Shown here piece by piece: positions 15,837 through 19,159 of a DNA stretch of 19,159 bases. The translations under genes were made by a program, and so were the position numbers. Source of the DNA: Armatimonadota bacterium (lineage in GTDB: Bacteria > Sysuimicrobiota > Sysuimicrobiia > Sysuimicrobiales > Humicultoraceae); contig JBQTJP010000012.1 in the NCBI GenBank assembly GCA_052386995.1, positions 1 through 19,159 on the forward strand. Reading direction: 5' to 3'. The notes under the pieces were generated by a model. It did not search any database. It had not been told where the DNA came from and saw nothing but the letters and a program-made list of their open reading frames with translations. Every line of letters starts with the position of its first letter. Within the stretch, counting starts at the first letter, position 1.

Positions 15837-17188
15837 TACGGATTCACCACGCGGACCTTTGTGCCGGTGAGCAAGGCCTCGGGGCCGAGCACGACGACCC
15901 GCTCACCCTGGGTCACGCCGCTTCGAACCTCCACGCGATCTCCCGCCACCAGGCCAAGCGTCACGGCGCGGACCTGGACCGTATCGCCAACCACCACACG
16001 GACCGTCGGCTGATCCCCGCCGGTAATCGCCGCCTTGGGCACAAGCAGCGCACCCGCGCGTTCTTCGACCACGATCTCACCGCGCGCGAACACCCCCGGG
16101 CGGGCATCGGCGGCCTCCGGCGCCAGGCGCAGGCGCACCGTGGCCGCACGGCTCGACGGATCGGCCGCGGGCGCGATCGTGCGGACCGTCGCCGCGACGG
16201 AACGATCGCCGGTCCCTTCAGTACGAAGCGTGGCGCGCTGCCCCGTCTTGACGAGCGCCAGGTCGCGCTCGCCCACTCTCACCTCGACCTCCATGGCGCG
16301 GTCGTCGTACACCAAGACCACGGGGTTGGAGCGGCCCGCGAAATCGCCGGACACGAGATAGTCTCCCGGGGAGACGTTGAGGCCGGAGATCCGCCCGGCA
16401 AACGGCGCGCGGATGACCATGTTCGCCACGCGCTGCCTGGTGAGGGCGAGTACCGCCCTGGCCTGGTCCACCTGCGCGTGGGCCGCGCGAATGTCCTCCG
16501 CGCGCGTGCCGGTCTCGGTCATGGTCCACTGCGCTCGGGCCGAGTCGAGCGAGGTCTTCGCGATCTCGAGCTGCGTCTGCGCGGCCTGGACCTGCGCGCG
16601 GGCCTGCTCCTGCTGCAAGCGGGCCTGGTCCACCTGCGCCTGGGCCACGGCCCCGTCGCGCAGCAGCTGCTCGTGACGGCGAAGGTTGTCGTCGGCGACT
16701 CGCAGCGATGCCTGCGCGAGCACGAGCTGCGTCTCAGCCGCCTTCACCTGATTCTGGGCCTGCGTGAAATTGTTGAAGATGACCTGCCGTTCCTGGGGAC
16801 GCAGTCCGCCCTCAAGTCCCGCCAGCCGTGCCTGGGCCGCGGCGACCGCGGCCTGCGCCTGAGCCGCCTCCGCGCGCTGCTCGGATGCGTCCAGCTCCAC
16901 GATCGTCTGTCCGGCGGCCACGCGGGCACCGTCCTGCACGAGCACGCGGACGACACGGCCGCTCTGCTTGGGAAAGATCTCCGCCGACTTCGCCGATGTG
17001 ACCGTGCCGCTGACCTCGACCGTCCGTGCGACAGCGCTCGAGGTCACCATGGCGACCTCGACGGGCAGGACCGCCGCCGGCTGCCCCGGCGCGGCCTGAG
17101 GGGACGAAGCCGGTCCCCGCCCTCTGAGCACGACCGCAGCGATGCCGAAGACGACGAGCAGCGCTGCGACAATCCACCACCGTTTCAC
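15836..17188 (-). CDS. RND periplasmic adaptor / membrane fusion protein (HlyD family)
   Basis: GTG 17188 with SD AAGGGG. N-terminal anchor, lipoyl halves SGRVVRVLVQDG and IRAPFAG, long alpha-hairpin. Confidence 0.93.
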   Translation of the reverse strand: MKRWWIVAALLVVFGIAAVVLRGRGPASSPQAAPGQPAAVLPVEVAMVTSSAVARTVEVSGTVTSAKSAEIFPKQSGRVVRVLVQDGARVAAGQTIVELDASEQRAEAAQAQAAVAAAQARLAGLEGGLRPQERQVIFNNFTQAQNQVKAAETQLVLAQASLRVADDNLRRHEQLLRDGAVAQAQVDQARLQQEQARAQVQAAQTQLEIAKTSLDSARAQWTMTETGTRAEDIRAAHAQVDQARAVLALTRQRVANMVIRAPFAGRISGLNVSPGDYLVSGDFAGRSNPVVLVYDDRAMEVEVRVGERDLALVKTGQRATLRTEGTGDRSVAATVRTIAPAADPSSRAATVRLRLAPEAADARPGVFARGEIVVEERAGALLVPKAAITGGDQPTVRVVVGDTVQVRAVTLGLVAGDRVEVRSGVTQGERVVVLGPEALLTGTKVRVVNP

Positions 17189-17251
17189 TCTAGACCCCTT
17201 TCGTTGCGCTCTTCTGCAAACGGCCAACGATATGCGGGCATGTGAAGCCGG

Positions 17252-18337
17252 TTATCCCTGCAGGCGCCTGCGGCGGATGTCCTCGTCGATCGCGGCGCGG
17301 AGGCGCGCCTGAAGAACGAAGGCGAGCTCTCGCACGGACCCCACCCCCGCCGGCACGTCGGCAGCGCTCAAGCGCACCAGCGGCCAGCCCCTGGTGAAGA
17401 GACCCCACCCTCCATCCGTCTCGCGGGCCATTACCTCGTAAGGCTCCAGGTCCGCGTCGAAGAGACGATCGAGCAAATCGGCGGCCTCCTTGATCCGGGG
17501 AACGTCGCCCAGGCGGATGATGGGCCGGCCGTTGACCAGAATCTCCGCGAACGCCGCGCCGCCCTCGCTGCCCTCCCGAACGGCCAGAACCAGGTAGTTC
17601 GCGGGCACGCGCCGGTTGATCGGGATCCTTCTGGCACGGAGGTCATCCAGCACGTACTGGACGCGCTCGGCCGTCCGGGGATGGTCGGCCAGCGCGCCGT
17701 GATCGGGCCGGGGCGAGAACTGCTCCATCCGGTGCATCCGCTCGAGCAGGGTCAACACGCCGACCGGGCTGTACGGCGTCTTGGTGAGGTACGCGATCGC
17801 CGTGAGGTCGGCGTCGCGCTCCAGATCGCGTGAATACCCGGCCAGCAGGCCCCCGCCCACGATTTGCGCGCCGGCCGCAAGCCGCGCGTCACCGGTGAGC
17901 ACGGCTATGAGAATCGTGATGAGGGTCGCCCGGTTGGCGCGCCGCTGCATCTCCAACCCGTGCGAGTGCGCGGCGTGCGCGATTTCATGAGCGATGACCC
18001 CGGCGAGCTCGTGGTCGCTGCGCACGAATCCCAGCAGACCCGTCGTCACGTAGACGAATCCGCCGGGGAAGGCGACGGCGTTGACCTGGTCGAGCTCAAC
18101 GGCTTTGAACGTGTAGGGCAGGCGTGGGCGCTCGGTGACGGCCGCGATGGTGGTGCCAATCTTCGTCAGCCGCTCCTGGACCGCCGGATCGCGGACGACC
18201 CGAAAGCGCGCCTCGACCTCCGCGGCGCCCTGACGGCCCAGGCTGATCTCCGCGTCGTCGGCCGGCGCCGCTCGTAGACCCGAGGGAATGGCCAGGAGGA
18301 CGGTCAGCAGGAGCAGGATGATGGCTGCGGGTCTCAT
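17252..18337 (-). CDS. M48 family zinc metallopeptidase (exported)
   Basis: Signal peptide from ATG 18337. Motifs VNAVAFPGG, HEIAH, YSRDLERDAD and DHP. Confidence 0.9.
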   Translation of the reverse strand: MRPAAIILLLLTVLLAIPSGLRAAPADDAEISLGRQGAAEVEARFRVVRDPAVQERLTKIGTTIAAVTERPRLPYTFKAVELDQVNAVAFPGGFVYVTTGLLGFVRSDHELAGVIAHEIAHAAHSHGLEMQRRANRATLITILIAVLTGDARLAAGAQIVGGGLLAGYSRDLERDADLTAIAYLTKTPYSPVGVLTLLERMHRMEQFSPRPDHGALADHPRTAERVQYVLDDLRARRIPINRRVPANYLVLAVREGSEGGAAFAEILVNGRPIIRLGDVPRIKEAADLLDRLFDADLEPYEVMARETDGGWGLFTRGWPLVRLSAADVPAGVGSVRELAFVLQARLRAAIDEDIRRRRLQG

Positions 18338-18344
18338 GCGAAGG

Positions 18345-19133
18345 TCAATCCCTGACGACCGGCTTGGCCAGTCCAAAGACCGTGCGCGCATTGGCGGTGG
18401 TCAGTTCGGCGACGGTGCCCGCCGACACGCCACGCGCGTGGCCGATCGCCCACGCGATCAACGACAGGTACGCCGGTTCGTTGCGCCGGCCGCGGTGCGG
18501 CTCGGGCGGCAGGTAGGGAGCGTCGGTTTCAAGCACCAGACGATCGGGCGGGACAAACCGCGCCACCTCGATGGCCCGCCGCGCGTTGCGGTAGGTCACC
18601 GGCCCGCCAAGTCCCAGGTAGTAGCCGCGGTCCAGACATGTTTGCGCGACCTCCAGCGATCCCGAGAAACAGTGCATGATGACCCGCCGGGGCGCGGCCT
18701 CGCCGAGAATGTGCATCACCTCGGTGTGCGCGTCACGATTGTGGATGATCACAGGCAGATCGAGGTCTCGAGCCAGACTCAGGTGCGCGCGGAATGCGCT
18801 CGCCTGAGCGTCGCGAGGAGCGAAGTTGCGGTAGAAGTCCAGCCCGGTCTCCCCGACCGCGACCACCCGCGCGTGGCGTGCCATCGCCGCGAGGTCGCCG
18901 AGCGCCTCCGGGGTGGCCTCGGCCGCGTTGTGAGGATGAATCGCCACGGCAGCGTGGACGTCGCTGTGCCGCTCGGCCAGCGCGATCGCGCGGCGGCTGG
19001 ATGCGAGTGACGTGCCCACGGTGATGAAGCCCAGCACGCCGGCCGCGCGGGCCCGTGCAAGCACGCCGTCGGCATCCACCTCGAACGCGTCATCATCCAA
19101 ATGGAGATGCGTATCGAACAGATCCAGCACCAC
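18345..19133 (-). CDS. tatD: TatD family nuclease/hydrolase
   Basis: Motifs DTHLH, VGETGLDF, IIHNRDA, MHCFSG and LETDAPYL. Confidence 0.95.
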   Translation of the reverse strand: MVLDLFDTHLHLDDDAFEVDADGVLARARAAGVLGFITVGTSLASSRRAIALAERHSDVHAAVAIHPHNAAEATPEALGDLAAMARHARVVAVGETGLDFYRNFAPRDAQASAFRAHLSLARDLDLPVIIHNRDAHTEVMHILGEAAPRRVIMHCFSGSLEVAQTCLDRGYYLGLGGPVTYRNARRAIEVARFVPPDRLVLETDAPYLPPEPHRGRRNEPAYLSLIAWAIGHARGVSAGTVAELTTANARTVFGLAKPVVRD

Positions 19134-19159
19134 GGCCCCAGTCTACTGAAGCCCGCAGG

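Noticed and set aside
1..19159. CRISPR array or IS element
   Set aside because: No regularly spaced repeats, transposase or terminal inverted repeats were seen.

Overview
High-GC bacterial window. The right part (12690-19133, minus strand) is an ordinary backbone run of tatD, an M48 metallopeptidase, a membrane-fusion protein and an RND permease, followed by tRNA-Arg(CCG) at 12552-12627. A ~10.55 kb integrative element sits in this tRNA's 3' end, bounded by an exact 57-bp direct repeat (2001-2057 = 12551-12607). It has an intact tyrosine integrase with an unusual Cys-rich insert and an SD-sequestering hairpin, period-11 arm-type sites at both ends, and a decayed replication module (helicase-like tail, RHH protein, zf-CHC2 and SSB fragments). 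Its intact cargo is a class III cyclase-STAND ATPase-TPR gene overlapping an orphan peptide-binding protein gene, preceded by a relic of a second peptide-binding gene. A TumE/TumA-like toxin-antitoxin pair with single-base lesions lies at its far end. Left of the element, a second period-11 repeat with the same geometry and two head-to-head gene fragments (one resembling a Type IIG R-M C-terminus) suggest an older, collapsed island at the same site. All family calls come from motif recognition by eye; no searches were run.
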